DNA of 64,000 nucleotides from an uncultured Thermoleophilia bacterium (GCA_963715985.1 CAVQSP010000013.1:512001-576000), one strand, 5' to 3'; positions 9,329 through 19,860 are shown, counted from the first letter of the stretch. The notes: generated from the sequence alone by a model not told the origin. Numbers and translations: made by a program.

Positions 9329-11038
9329 TTGAGTTCCATCGTTCGCAAGTCTCCGGTGCCGAGCGACATCGAGATCGCCCAGGCCGCCACCATGCAGCCC
9401 ATCCAGGCCATCGCCGAGAAGGCCGGCATCCTGGAGGACGAGCTGGAGCTCTACGGCCGCTACAAGGCCAAGATCGACTACATGGCGCTTCTCGAGCGCC
9501 TCAAGGACAAGCCCGACGGCAAGATCATCAACGTCACGGCGATCACGCCGACGCCGCTGGGCGAGGGCAAGACGGTCACCGCCGTCGGCCTCTCCGAGTC
9601 CATGAACGCCATCGGCATCGACACCATGCTCGCCCTGCGCGAGCCGTCGCTCGGCCCGGTCTTCGGCATCAAGGGCGGCGCCGCCGGCGGCGGCTACTCG
9701 CAGCTGCTGCCGATGGAGGACCTCAACCTCCACTTCACCGGCGACATCCACGCTGTGGGCACGGCCAACAACCTGCTCGCCGCCATGGTCGACAGTCATC
9801 TGATGCACGGCAACGCGCTCGGCATCGACCCGCTCACGATCTCGTGGCGCCGCTGCGTGGACCTCAACGACCGCGCCATGCGTGAGATCGTCAACGGCCT
9901 GGGCGGCAGGCTCAACGGCCTCCCGCGCCAGACCGGCTACGACATCACCGTGGCCAGCGAGGTCATGGCCATCCTCGGCCTCGCCACCTCGCTCAAGGAC
10001 CTGCGCGAGCGTCTCGGCCGCATCACCTTCGGCTACAGCACCGAGGGCAAGCCGCTCACGGCCGACGACATCGGCGCCGGCGGCGCCATGACGGTGCTCC
10101 TCAAGGACGCCATCAAGCCGAACCTCATGCAGACCCTCGAGGGCAACGCCAGCCTCATCCACGCCGGGCCCTTCGCCAACATCGCCCAGGGCAACAACTC
10201 CATCATCGCCGACAAGGTCGCCATGAAGCTCAGCGACTACGTCGTCACCGAGAGCGGCTTCGCCGCCGACCTGGGCTCCGAGAAGTTCATGGACATCATC
10301 TGCCGCTACGGCGGCTTCGCGCCCAGCGCCGTGGTCATCACCTGCACCATGCGCGCCCTCAAGATGCACGGCGGCCTGCCGGTCGACCCCGAGCTGCTCA
10401 AGGCCGAGAACAACGAGGCGCTCACCAAGGGCTGCGAGAACCTCGCCAAGCAGATCGAGAACATGAAGCTCTTCGGCCTGCCCGTCGTGGTGACGATCAA
10501 CCGCTTCGCCTTCGACCGCGACACCGAGGTCGAGATCGTGCGCAACGAGGCCATCGCGGCCGGCGCCGAAGACGCCGTGCCGATCAACGTCCACGCGCTG
10601 GGCGGCGACGGCGGCCAGGAGGCGGCCGAGGTCGTCAAGGCGGCGGCCGACAAGGGCGGCGACTTCAAGTTCCTCTACCCGCTCGAGGCCTCCATCAAGG
10701 AGAAGATCGAGACCATCGCCACCAAGATCTACGGCGCCGACGGCGTGGACTACCTGCCCGAGGCCGAGGCCAAGATCAAGCAGTTCACCGAGCAGGGTCT
10801 CGACAAGCTGCCGCTCTGCATGGCCAAGACGCACCTGTCGCTCAGCCACGACCCGGCGCTCAAGGGCCGTCCCCGCGGCTTCCGCGTGCCGATCCGCGAC
10901 ATCCGGCCGGCGACCGGCGCCGGGTACCTGTACCCGCTGCTCGGCGAGATGCGCACCATGCCCGGCCTGGCCAAGCGGCCGGCCGCGGTCGACGTGGACA
11001 TCGACGTCGAGACCGGCCGGATCATCGGCCTGTTCTGA
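9329..11038 (+). CDS. fhs: Formate--tetrahydrofolate ligase
   Basis: TPTPLGEGKT, REPSLGPVFGIKGGAAGGGYSQ, HAGPFANIAQG, CMAKTHLSLS, MRTMPGL; AAGGAGGA RBS before TTG 9329. Confidence 0.97.
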   Translation: MSSIVRKSPVPSDIEIAQAATMQPIQAIAEKAGILEDELELYGRYKAKIDYMALLERLKDKPDGKIINVTAITPTPLGEGKTVTAVGLSESMNAIGIDTMLALREPSLGPVFGIKGGAAGGGYSQLLPMEDLNLHFTGDIHAVGTANNLLAAMVDSHLMHGNALGIDPLTISWRRCVDLNDRAMREIVNGLGGRLNGLPRQTGYDITVASEVMAILGLATSLKDLRERLGRITFGYSTEGKPLTADDIGAGGAMTVLLKDAIKPNLMQTLEGNASLIHAGPFANIAQGNNSIIADKVAMKLSDYVVTESGFAADLGSEKFMDIICRYGGFAPSAVVITCTMRALKMHGGLPVDPELLKAENNEALTKGCENLAKQIENMKLFGLPVVVTINRFAFDRDTEVEIVRNEAIAAGAEDAVPINVHALGGDGGQEAAEVVKAAADKGGDFKFLYPLEASIKEKIETIATKIYGADGVDYLPEAEAKIKQFTEQGLDKLPLCMAKTHLSLSHDPALKGRPRGFRVPIRDIRPATGAGYLYPLLGEMRTMPGLAKRPAAVDVDIDVETGRIIGLF

Positions 11039-11172
11039 GAACCTGAACGGCGGGTGATGCCCCGGGGCGGGTCCGGCTGCGGCCGGCCCGCCCCGGGGCG
11101 CCGCCGGGGCCGGCCGCGCGCCGCGGCCGCAGTCGGCCCCGGCGGGCGCCCGCTCCATCCGGGAGGTACACG

Positions 11173-11814
11173 GTGAGCGACGGACCCACCATCTACGCGT
11201 CGGAGGCCCTGCAGGTCTACCTCGACGACGCGGCCAGCAACAAGCCGGCGCCCGGCGGCGGCAGCGTCTCGGCCTGCGTCGGCGCTCTGGGCGCCGCGCT
11301 CGTGAGCATGGTCTGCAACCTCACGCTCGGCAAGGAGAAGTTCGCAGGTGTGGAAGCCGAGATCGCCGAGCTGGTGAAGGCCACCGAGTCGGCCCGCGCC
11401 CGCCTCGAGAAGCTGCTGCAGGAGGACACCACCGCCTACAGCGGCGTCATCCAGGCCTACAAGCTGCCCAAGGACACCGACGCCGAGAAGGCGGCGCGCA
11501 AGGCCGCCGTACAGGCCGGGCTCATCGTGGCCGCCAACGTGCCGCTGGAGATCTGCAAGGTGGCCCTCGAGGTGTGCCGCCTGTCCAAGACCGCGGCCGA
11601 GCTGGGTAACCCCGGCGCGGTCACCGACGCCGGCATCGGCGCCATCCTCGGCGAGGCCGCCGTGGTGGGCGGCGCGCTCAACGTCAAGATCAACCTCGGC
11701 TCCATCGAGGACTGCGACTACGTGGAGACCGCGGCGGCGCAGATCGACACCATGCAGAAGGAGGCCGCCGCGCTGCGCGAGGAGGTCCTCGCCATCACGC
11801 TCTCCAAGATCTGA
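11173..11814 (+). CDS. fchA: Methenyl-THF cyclohydrolase (FTCD C-terminal/cyclodeaminase family)
   Basis: ASNKPAPGGGSVSA, LVSMVCNLT, GALNVKINL; lies between fhs and folD. Confidence 0.85.
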   Translation: MSDGPTIYASEALQVYLDDAASNKPAPGGGSVSACVGALGAALVSMVCNLTLGKEKFAGVEAEIAELVKATESARARLEKLLQEDTTAYSGVIQAYKLPKDTDAEKAARKAAVQAGLIVAANVPLEICKVALEVCRLSKTAAELGNPGAVTDAGIGAILGEAAVVGGALNVKINLGSIEDCDYVETAAAQIDTMQKEAAALREEVLAITLSKI

Positions 11815-11844
11815 CCACCCGCCGACACAGACGAGAGGGAAGCC

Positions 11845-12699
11845 ATGGCAGCGAAGATCATCGACGGCAAGGCCATCGCCGAGCAGGTCCGCGAAGAGAT
11901 CAAGGCCGAGGTCGCGAGGCTCGCGACCTGCGGCGTCAAGCCCGGCGTCGCCACCATCCTGGTGGGCGAGGACGGCGGCGCGCAGTTCTACCGCGGCCAG
12001 ATCGAGAAGAACACCGGCACGGTGGGCTTCGACTACTTCAATCACACGCTGGCGGCGGGCGCGAGCGAGGCCGAGATCCTCGCTCTCATCGCCAAGCTCA
12101 ACGCCGACCCGGCCGTGCACGGCATCCTGGCGCTCATGCCCATGGACGCGCAGATCGACCAGAACACGGTGTTCAACGCCATCGCGCCCGAGAAGGACCT
12201 CGACTGCGTGAACCCCGCCAACATCGGCCACGTGCTGCTCGGCGACCAGCTGTTCGCGCCGGCCACGCCGAGCGCCTGCATCGAGATCCTCGACCGCGAG
12301 GGCGTCGAGCTGCAGGGCCTGGACGTCACCATCGTCAACCACTCCAACATCGTCGGGAAGCCGGTGGCGCTGCTCTGCCTCAACCGCAATGCCTCCGTGC
12401 ACGTGGTGCACGTGTTCAGCAAGGACGTGCCCGCCGCCTGCCGTGAGGCCGACGTGCTCATCAGCGCCGCCCCCGTGCAGAACCTGATCAAGGGCGACAT
12501 GGTCAAGCCGGGCGCCATCGTCATCGACGTCACCACCATCCGCGTGGAAGGCAAGCAGGTCGGGTCGCTCGAGTGGGACGCGGTCTGCGAAGTCGCCGGC
12601 AGCGCGACGCCGGTGCCGGGCGGTGTGGGGCCGGTGACCAACGTCATCCTGCTCCAGAACGCGCTCAAGGCCTGCAAGGTACAGACCGGCGTCAAGTGA
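11845..12699 (+). CDS. folD: Methylene-THF dehydrogenase (FolD family)
   Basis: IIDGKAIA, PEKDLD, PATPSA, SNIVGKP, TPVPGGVGPVT. Confidence 0.92.
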   Translation: MAAKIIDGKAIAEQVREEIKAEVARLATCGVKPGVATILVGEDGGAQFYRGQIEKNTGTVGFDYFNHTLAAGASEAEILALIAKLNADPAVHGILALMPMDAQIDQNTVFNAIAPEKDLDCVNPANIGHVLLGDQLFAPATPSACIEILDREGVELQGLDVTIVNHSNIVGKPVALLCLNRNASVHVVHVFSKDVPAACREADVLISAAPVQNLIKGDMVKPGAIVIDVTTIRVEGKQVGSLEWDAVCEVAGSATPVPGGVGPVTNVILLQNALKACKVQTGVK

Positions 12700-12852
12700 T
12701 CGCCGGCGGCCCGCGGCGCGTACGGCCTCAGGCTGCGCGCGCTGCGGGCCGCGACGTGGTTCAATAGGCGTGGCAGACCCCGTCGGTCTCCCGGTCGCTC
12801 CCCGGGGAGCTCCGGCCCGACGACCCCCGCAACGCGACACGGAGTGCATGTG

Positions 12853-13422
12853 ATGCCCAAGGAGGCTCTCAACACCGACCCGGTCGTCGCCGGCGGCGCA
12901 CCGCCGGAGGGCTGCGACCTCGAACAGGTCGCGCTCATCGTCGAAGAGGGCGACGCGCACGGCAACCTCATCGCGCTGCTGCAGCGCACGCAGAGCGAGT
13001 TCGGCTACGTGCCCGAGGAGGCGGTCAGCGAGATCGCCCGTCTCACGGGCGTGCCCGCCTCGCGCATCTACGGCATCCTCACGTTCTACGCCCAGTTCTC
13101 CACCGTCCCCAGCGGCCGCCACAAGATCTTCGTGTGCCACGGCACCGCCTGCCACGTGGCCGGCGCCACCAGGATCACGCAGGCCCTCGAGGAAGAGCTC
13201 GGCGTGCCCGACGGCGAGTCCACGCCCGACATGGAGTTCAACCTCGACTCGGTGGCCTGCATGGGGGCGTGCTCCCAGGCGCCGGTGATGCGCATCGACC
13301 AGGAGACGTACGGCAACCTCACGGCCGACCAGACGCGCAAGGCCATCAAGGCGCTCGTCAAGGAGTATGGCCTGGAGAACAACTACGCCGGCGCCGAGGC
13401 CGGAGGTGACGGCGATGAGTGA
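12853..13422 (+). CDS. NuoE/HydC-like [2Fe-2S] subunit
   Basis: LTFYAQF, VCHGTACH and VACMGACSQAP cysteine motifs. Confidence 0.9.
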   Translation: MPKEALNTDPVVAGGAPPEGCDLEQVALIVEEGDAHGNLIALLQRTQSEFGYVPEEAVSEIARLTGVPASRIYGILTFYAQFSTVPSGRHKIFVCHGTACHVAGATRITQALEEELGVPDGESTPDMEFNLDSVACMGACSQAPVMRIDQETYGNLTADQTRKAIKALVKEYGLENNYAGAEAGGDGDE

Positions 13423-15322
13423 CCCCGTGGGCTCCGGCGTCAGGGTGGGCGTGACCTCCGGCGGTGACGGCACATGCCGCGTCGCGGTGTGCGCCGGCAC
13501 GGCCTGTGTGTTCGCCGGGTCGATGAAGGTCCGCGACGCCTTCGTGGACGAGGTCGCTGCCGCCGGTCTCCAGGACCAGGTGGAGGTCACCATCATCGGC
13601 TGCCACGGCCTGTGTTCGCAGGGGCCGCTGGCCGTGGTGTCGGACGGCGACACCTACTACCCGCGGCTCAAGGTCAAGGACGTCAAGAGCGTGGTGGAGC
13701 AGCACCTCGCCGGCGGCGAGGTCGTGGAGAAGCTCCTCTACGTGGACCCCGCCAGCGGTGAGCGCATCGCCTGCGCCCATGACATCCCCTTCTACGCCAA
13801 GCAGACGCGCATCGCCCTTCGCGACGTGGGCCAGATCGACCCCGAGCAGATCGACGAGTACATCGCGCGCGGCGGCTACGAGGCCGCGCGCAAGGCGCTC
13901 ACCACCATGAAGCCGGACGAGATCGTCGAAGAGGTGCTGGCCTCGGGCCTGCGCGGCCGCGGCGGGGCCGGCTTCCCCACCGGCGCCAAATGGCGCTTCG
14001 CGCGCTCGTCCCCGGGTGACGTCAAGTACGTCATCTGCAACGGCGACGAGGGCGACCCCGGCGCCTTCATGGACGCGTCCATCATGGACGGCGACCCGCA
14101 CGCCGTGCTCGAGGGCATGCTCATCGCCTCCTACGCCATCGGCGCCCGCGAGGGCTTCATCTACGTGCGCGCCGAGTACCCGCTGGCGGTCAAGCGTCTG
14201 CGCCTGGCCATCACCGACGCCAAGGAGCGCGGCTACCTGGGCAAGGACATCTTCGGCAGCGGCTGGGACTTCTCGCTGAAGATCAAGGAGGGCGCCGGCG
14301 CCTTCGTGTGCGGCGAGGAGACGGCGCTCATCGCCTCCATCATGGGCGAGCGCGGCATGCCGCGGAAGCGGCCGCCCTTCCCCGCCGTGTCCGGGCTGTG
14401 GGGCAAGCCCACCAACATCAACAACGTCGAGACCCTGGCCTCGGTGCCGTGGATCATCGGCCACGGCGCGGCCGAGTACGCCGCCATCGGCTCCGAGGCG
14501 TGCCGGGGCACCAAGGCCTTCAGCCTCGCCGGCAAGATCGTCAACGGCGGTCTCGCCGAGGTGCCCATGGGCTCCACGCTGCGCCACGTCATCTTCGACG
14601 TCGGCGGCGGCATCAAGGACGGCCGCGAGTTCAAGGCCGTGCAGCTCGGCGGCCCGTCGGGCGGCTGCGTCCCGGCCAGCCTGCTGGACACGCCGGTCGA
14701 CTACGAGAGCCTCACCGCGACCGGCGCCATCATGGGCTCCGGCGGCATGGTGGTGGCCGACGACCAGACCTGCATGGTGGACCTCGCCAGGTACTTCCTG
14801 CAGTTCACCCAGAACGAGAGCTGCGGCAAGTGCGTGCCCTGCCGCCTGGGCACCAAGCGCATGCTCGAGATCCTGGAGCGCATCACCGCCGGGCTGGGCC
14901 GCGAAGGCGACATCGAGACGCTGGAGTCGCTGGCCATCTCCATCAAGAAGACGAGCCTGTGCGGCCTGGGCCAGACCGCGCCCAACCCGGTGCTCACCAC
15001 GATCCGCTACTTCCGCGACGAGTACGAGGCGCACATCTCCGGGCAGGAGTGCCCGGCCCGCGCCTGCACGGCGCTCATCGCCTACACCATCGACGCCGAC
15101 GCCTGCACCGGCTGCATGCTCTGCGCGAAGAAGTGCCCCACGGGCGCCGCGCACGGCCCCAAGAAGCTCACGCACGTCATCGACCAGGAGACGTGCATCA
15201 AGTGCGACGCCTGCTTCTCCGCCTGCAAGTTCGACGCGGTGAAGACCGTCAGCGGCCCGGACGAGATCGCCACCGCCGTGGCCGCCCAGCGCGAGGGCGC
15301 GGCGGTACCCGCGAAGCGCTAG
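13415..15322 (+). CDS. NuoF/HydB-like FMN/NAD-binding subunit with N-terminal [2Fe-2S] and C-terminal 2x[4Fe-4S] domains
   Basis: CAGTAC..GCHGLC, SGLRGRGGAGFPTG, CNGDEGDPGAFMD, FVCGEETAL, ESCGKCVPCR, CTGCMLCAKKCP, CIKCDACFSAC. Confidence 0.92.
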   Translation: MSDPVGSGVRVGVTSGGDGTCRVAVCAGTACVFAGSMKVRDAFVDEVAAAGLQDQVEVTIIGCHGLCSQGPLAVVSDGDTYYPRLKVKDVKSVVEQHLAGGEVVEKLLYVDPASGERIACAHDIPFYAKQTRIALRDVGQIDPEQIDEYIARGGYEAARKALTTMKPDEIVEEVLASGLRGRGGAGFPTGAKWRFARSSPGDVKYVICNGDEGDPGAFMDASIMDGDPHAVLEGMLIASYAIGAREGFIYVRAEYPLAVKRLRLAITDAKERGYLGKDIFGSGWDFSLKIKEGAGAFVCGEETALIASIMGERGMPRKRPPFPAVSGLWGKPTNINNVETLASVPWIIGHGAAEYAAIGSEACRGTKAFSLAGKIVNGGLAEVPMGSTLRHVIFDVGGGIKDGREFKAVQLGGPSGGCVPASLLDTPVDYESLTATGAIMGSGGMVVADDQTCMVDLARYFLQFTQNESCGKCVPCRLGTKRMLEILERITAGLGREGDIETLESLAISIKKTSLCGLGQTAPNPVLTTIRYFRDEYEAHISGQECPARACTALIAYTIDADACTGCMLCAKKCPTGAAHGPKKLTHVIDQETCIKCDACFSACKFDAVKTVSGPDEIATAVAAQREGAAVPAKR

Positions 15323-15374
15323 ACGCGGGTCAGCCGCGCCCGCATGTGGGCGGCCGCGCACCAGCCTTCCGCGA

Positions 15375-15413
15375 GCGCCGCGGCGGGACCCGCACCGGGT
15401 CCCGCCGCGGCGC
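15375..15413 (+). terminator. GC-rich hairpin after the fhs-nuoF-like operon
   Basis: Perfect 17-bp inverted repeat gcgccgcggcgggaccc / gggtcccgccgcggcgc. Confidence 0.6.
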
Positions 15414-15637
15414 CGTCACGTACGCCCTCGTCGCCTCGCCCGCCGTATTGCCGTGGCCTTGCCGCCGCGCGTGCGATATCGTTGGAAGATACTGTCCGTT
15501 GGTTGGTCAGCTAACTAACACGCCGCGTCCGCGGGGTCGGAGAAGGAGGAGCGTCAGACAGAGTCGTCCTGCATGCGTGCCGTGAAGACGCCGGTCCGCG
15601 GCAGCGGCCCGACGTGGAAGACGTGAAGGGGGGAAGT

Positions 15638-17266
15638 GTGGCAGAAGAACTCGCGTTCGCCCGCAAAGCCAGCGGCATGGTCCGCGGCCTCTCCATGATC
15701 GACGCGTTCGCCGTCGGCCTCATGAACCAGGGCATCACGCCCAGCATCTGGAACATGGTCACGTGGGGCCTCGGGACCTACCTCACGGGCAACCTGCTGT
15801 GGGCAAGCGTCATCTCCCTGGTGCTCGTGGGCTTCGGCTTCCCGCTGGTGTGGGGCATCCTCTCGGGGAGCATGCCGCGCTCAGGCGGCGAGTACGTCTA
15901 CAACTCGCGCATCATCCACCCCATCGTCGCCATCGCGGAGAGCTTCGGCAACGCCTTCGTGATGATCTTCTGGGTGTACGTGCTGGCGCCGTGGGTCGCC
16001 GACCCGGGCCTCGTCATGATAGCTGAGTACCAAGGCTGGACGTGGCTGTACGACAGCGCCACCGGCGCCTTCTTCGGCGGGCTCAGCTATGAATGGGGAG
16101 TCTTCGTCGTCGCCACGGTGACCAACATCGTCGCCTTCCTGACCATGGTCTTCGGCGTCAAGATCTTCGCCATGATCCAGAAGGGCGTCATGATCTTCGC
16201 GATGGGCGGCGCCATCGTCGTCACCGGATCGATCATGTTCACGAGCAAGACGGCGTTCCAGGAGAGCTGGGACGCTATCGCCGCCCAGTACGACTCGCTC
16301 AAGTACAACGAGGTCGTGCCCGCCGTCTCGGCGGCGATCGGCGCGCCGGTGCCCACGCAGCTCGGACCTGTACGGCACCTTGGGCGTCATGCTGGCCGGG
16401 TCCTGGTTGTTCGCCTACGCCTACTTCTGCGTCTTTGTGGCCGGCGAGGTCAAGCGGCCCGACAAGACGCTGATCGGGGCCAACTTCTTCGCGGTGCTGG
16501 TACCGGCCGCGATGATGATCTGGACGGCGCTGGTGATGTACCGTGCCATGCCCTTCGACTTCATCTCAGCGACGGCGTGGATCGACAACAACCTGGGCAT
16601 CGAGGGCTACAACCTGCCGTATCTGCCGAGCTACATGAGCCTGGCCTACATCGCCCACTCCAACATGACTCGTGGCGCTCGGCGCCAGCGTCTCGATGAT
16701 GCTGTTCTGCTTCTGGTACGTGGCCCTGAGCTATCTCGCCTTCCCGCGCATCATCTTCGCCTGGGGTATGGACCGTATGGGCCCCAAGTGGTTCACGTAC
16801 ATCAATCCGCGCTGGGCGAGCCCCGTGAAGAACTACATCCTCTGCTTCGTGCTCTGCCAGGCGCCATCGCGCTCTACTCGTTCTGGATCGGGGAGCTTCA
16901 TGCAGGGCCTCACGGTCACCGGCATGGAGATCGTCTCGGTGTGGGCCGTGACCACCATCGCCGCGCTGCATCTTCCCGTACATGAGGCGCTCCAAGGGCA
17001 TCTGGGAGTCGTCGCCCTACAAGACGTGGAAGTTCCTCGGCGTCCCGCTGGTCACCTGGGGCGCCCTGGTCTCGCTCGTCTACCTCTCCATCCTCTTCTA
17101 CTTCCTCATCTTCACCGGGGAGCTGAAGGACTCCAACGGGCAGTCGTGGATCCTGTACGGCGTCGTCTGGGCCATCGGCATCGCCTGGTACTTCTTCTGG
17201 GCTCACCGCAGCAAGGCCGTCGGCGTCGACGTCGGCATGACCTACGGGGAGCTGCCGCCGGAGTGA
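15638..17266 (+). CDS. APC-family amino acid/amine permease (paralog 1), several frameshifts
   Basis: FARKASGMVR, MPRSGGEYVYNSR, AGEVKRP, RIIFAWGMDR; pieces in ORFs 15614, 16380, 16672 and 16982 end in MTYGELPPE. Confidence 0.85.
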
Positions 17267-17310
17267 TCCGTGCAGCACGACCCTGTGCCGTCGCAGTGGC
17301 GGCCGCAGTC

Positions 17311-17351
17311 GAGGGGGGCGGGGCGCCGGAGGCGCCCCGCCCCCTCTCTTT
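17311..17351 (+). terminator. Intrinsic terminator-like hairpin
   Basis: gaggggggcggggcgcc-gga-ggcgccccgccccctc followed by tcttt. Confidence 0.6.
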
Positions 17352-17449
17352 GTGCCCCGGCACGGCTCGCGCTGACGGCTCTCCGAACGCGGATGGTCGG
17401 CCGGCGCGAGGCTCACGACCGGCACAAGGGCCCTCTCGGGCGTCTGTAC

Positions 17450-17512
17450 GATTCGGCAAGGTACGAAATTCGCAGATTGCCGAATCAGAAACACCCGAGC
17501 TTGCTCTTGACA
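17450..17512. promoter_or_regulatory. Inverted repeat plus TTGACA upstream of the Lrp gene
   Basis: gattcggcaa (17450-17459) and ttgccgaatc (17477-17486) are perfect 10-bp arms in an AT-richer stretch; TTGACA at 17507-17512. Confidence 0.45.
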
Positions 17513-17572
17513 TTTTCCTACGTCAGGTATCGAAATAGGCTGACCGGGTGGGCGTTGACCAGGGGGGTCACG

Positions 17573-18064
17573 TTGCCGTTCAGCCTCGATTCCATCGACC
17601 GGCGCATCGTCTCGCTGCTGATCGAGGACGGCCGCATCTCGTCGGCCGAGATGACACGGCGCATCGGGCACGTGTCCGAGCGCGCCGTGCGCTACCGCAT
17701 CGAGCGTCTGATCCGCAACGGCGTGATCCGCGTCAGCGCCATCGTCATGCCGCAGGCGGTCGGGTTCCCCATCACCGGCGATGTGCTCGTCGATGTGGCT
17801 CCCGGCAAGCTGCAGGACGTGGCCGCCCAGCTCGTCGACTTCCCCACCGTGAGCTACGTCGCGGGGTCGGTCGGCGAGGGCGACCTCAGCGTGCAGGTGT
17901 ACGCGCGCGACACGGAGGAGCTCCTCCGCTTCGTCAACGAGGTCATCGGCAAGGTGCCTGGGGTGACGCGCACCAAGCTCGCCATGGTGCCGTGGAAGCT
18001 CAAGGACGTCTATCAGTGGCAGGTCCCCGTCGGCGCCGCTGAAGAAGGGAGGGCGATCGGCTGA
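17573..18064 (+). CDS. Lrp/AsnC family transcriptional regulator
   Basis: LDSIDRRIVSLLIEDGRISSAEM...VSERAVRYRIERL HTH plus a C-terminal RAM domain. Confidence 0.9.
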   Translation: MPFSLDSIDRRIVSLLIEDGRISSAEMTRRIGHVSERAVRYRIERLIRNGVIRVSAIVMPQAVGFPITGDVLVDVAPGKLQDVAAQLVDFPTVSYVAGSVGEGDLSVQVYARDTEELLRFVNEVIGKVPGVTRTKLAMVPWKLKDVYQWQVPVGAAEEGRAIG

Positions 18065-18157
18065 GGGTTCTGTCGTGTTGCGTGTTTGACCATCAACCCG
18101 AGCATCGCCGCGAGAGAAGCCCCCGTCGGCGCCAATCGGATGTAAGAAGGGGGAAGT

Positions 18158-19794
18158 ATGGCTGAAGAACTAGCGTTTGCCCGCAAAGCCAGCGGCCTCG
18201 TCCGCGGCCTCTCCATGTGGGATGCCTTCGGCGTCGGCTTCATGAACCAGGGGCTCACGCCGTCCATCTGGGTCATGACCGGCCTGGGCGTCAGCGTCTA
18301 CCTCGGCGGTAACCTCATCTGGGCGACCGTCATCTCGATGATCCTCGCCGGGATCGGGTTTCCGATCGTGTGGGGCGTGCTCGGCGGCTCCATGCCGCGC
18401 TCCGGCGGCGAGTACATCTACAACTCGCGCATCATCCACCCCATCGTCGGTATCGGCGAGTCGTTCGGCAACGCCTTCGTGTGGATCATGTGGATCTACG
18501 TGCTGGCGCCCTGGACGGCCGACCCGGGCATGGTGATGATGTCCCAGTTCATGGGCTGGGACTGGCTGTACAACACGGCGACCGAGACCTTCTTTGGGGG
18601 TCTCAGCTACACCTGGGGCTGCTTCGTCATCGCCACCGTCGCCAACATCATCTCCTTCATGTTCGTGGTGTTCGGCATCAAGTGGTTCGCGCGCATCCAG
18701 AAGGTCGTCATGCTCTTCGGCATCGGCGGCTGTGCTGTGCTGCTGGCCGCCATCTGCTTCTACAACAAGGCCGACTTCGTGGCCGGCTGGAACAACATCG
18801 CCCAGCAGTACGGCTCCCTCAACTACGATGCCTTCCTCGCCGGCGTCAACGGCATGGCGGGCACAGACATGCCCACCACGTGGAACTGGTTCGACACGTT
18901 CGGGGTCATGGTCGCCGGCTCCTGGCTGTTCGCCTACAGCTACTGCATCACGTTCATCGCCGGCGAGGTCAAGCGCCCTGACAAGACCATCATCCTGTCC
19001 AACCTCTTCGCCATCATCGTGCCCGGCGCGTTCATGCTGTGGGCGGCCGTCGGCCTGTACCACATGGTCGAGTTCAACTTCTTCTCGGCCGCTATGTACG
19101 CCGACTACAACGGCCTGCCCGACGGCTACTCGGTCCCGTGGAGCACCAACTTCCTCGGGCCTGCTCGCCATGGTGAACCAGAACAAGATCATCCTGTTCA
19201 TCGCCGTGCTGTCGTTCTTGGCGTTCAACCTGTGGTGGATCGCGCTCTCGTACCTCGCCTTCCCGCGCATCCTCTTCGCCTGGGGCATGGACCGCATGGG
19301 TCCCAAGTGGTTCACGGACATCAACCCGAGGTTCGCCAGCCCGGTGAAGAACCACATTCTGTGCTTCGTGCTCGGCCAGATCATGATCGCGGTGTACGTC
19401 TTCTGGCAGAACGAATCGATGCAGGGTCTTGCGGTCACGGCGCTCGAGATCTTCTCGGTGTTCGGCGTGACCGCCATCGCGGCGCTGATGTTCCCCTACG
19501 TGAAGCGCTCCAAGGGCATCTGGGACGCCTCGCCGTACAAGACGTGGAGGATCGCCGGTATCCCGGTGGTGACGATCGGCGCTATCGTCGACATCATCTA
19601 CCTGGGCATCCTGGCGTACTTCTTCTTCTTCCTGCCCGACCCCGAAAGCGCTCGAGGGCTTCGACGACGAACACGGCATCCTCATCGCCGTGACGTGGAC
19701 CGCGGGTATCATCTGGTACCTGTTCTGGAAGCAGCGCAGCAAGAGCGTGGGCGTCGACGTGTCGATGACCTACGGGGAGTTGCCGCCTGAGTGA
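18158..19794 (+). CDS. APC-family permease (paralog 2), frameshifted near 19160 and 19645
   Basis: MAEELAFARKASGLVRGLS, MPRSGGEYIYNSR, AGEVKRP, RILFAWGMDR; ends MTYGELPPE-TGA at 19794. Confidence 0.85.
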
Positions 19795-19806
19795 TCTGGA
19801 AGTACC

Positions 19807-19840
19807 GTAAGGGGCGGGAGCGTCCGCTCCCGCCCCTTAC
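19807..19840 (+). terminator. Hairpin between permease 2 and the phosphoesterase
   Basis: gtaaggggcgggagcg / cgctcccgccccttac perfect inverted repeat. Confidence 0.55.
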
Positions 19841-19860
19841 TCTGTCCTTGGAGTGTGCAG

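Noticed and set aside
10750-13653. Long antisense ORFs (967 aa here; similar ones at 61-1785, 2425-4293, 9314-11158, 13358-15361, 36355-38118)
   Set aside because: They lie opposite well-supported genes and show no recognizable motifs; they arise from stop-codon scarcity.
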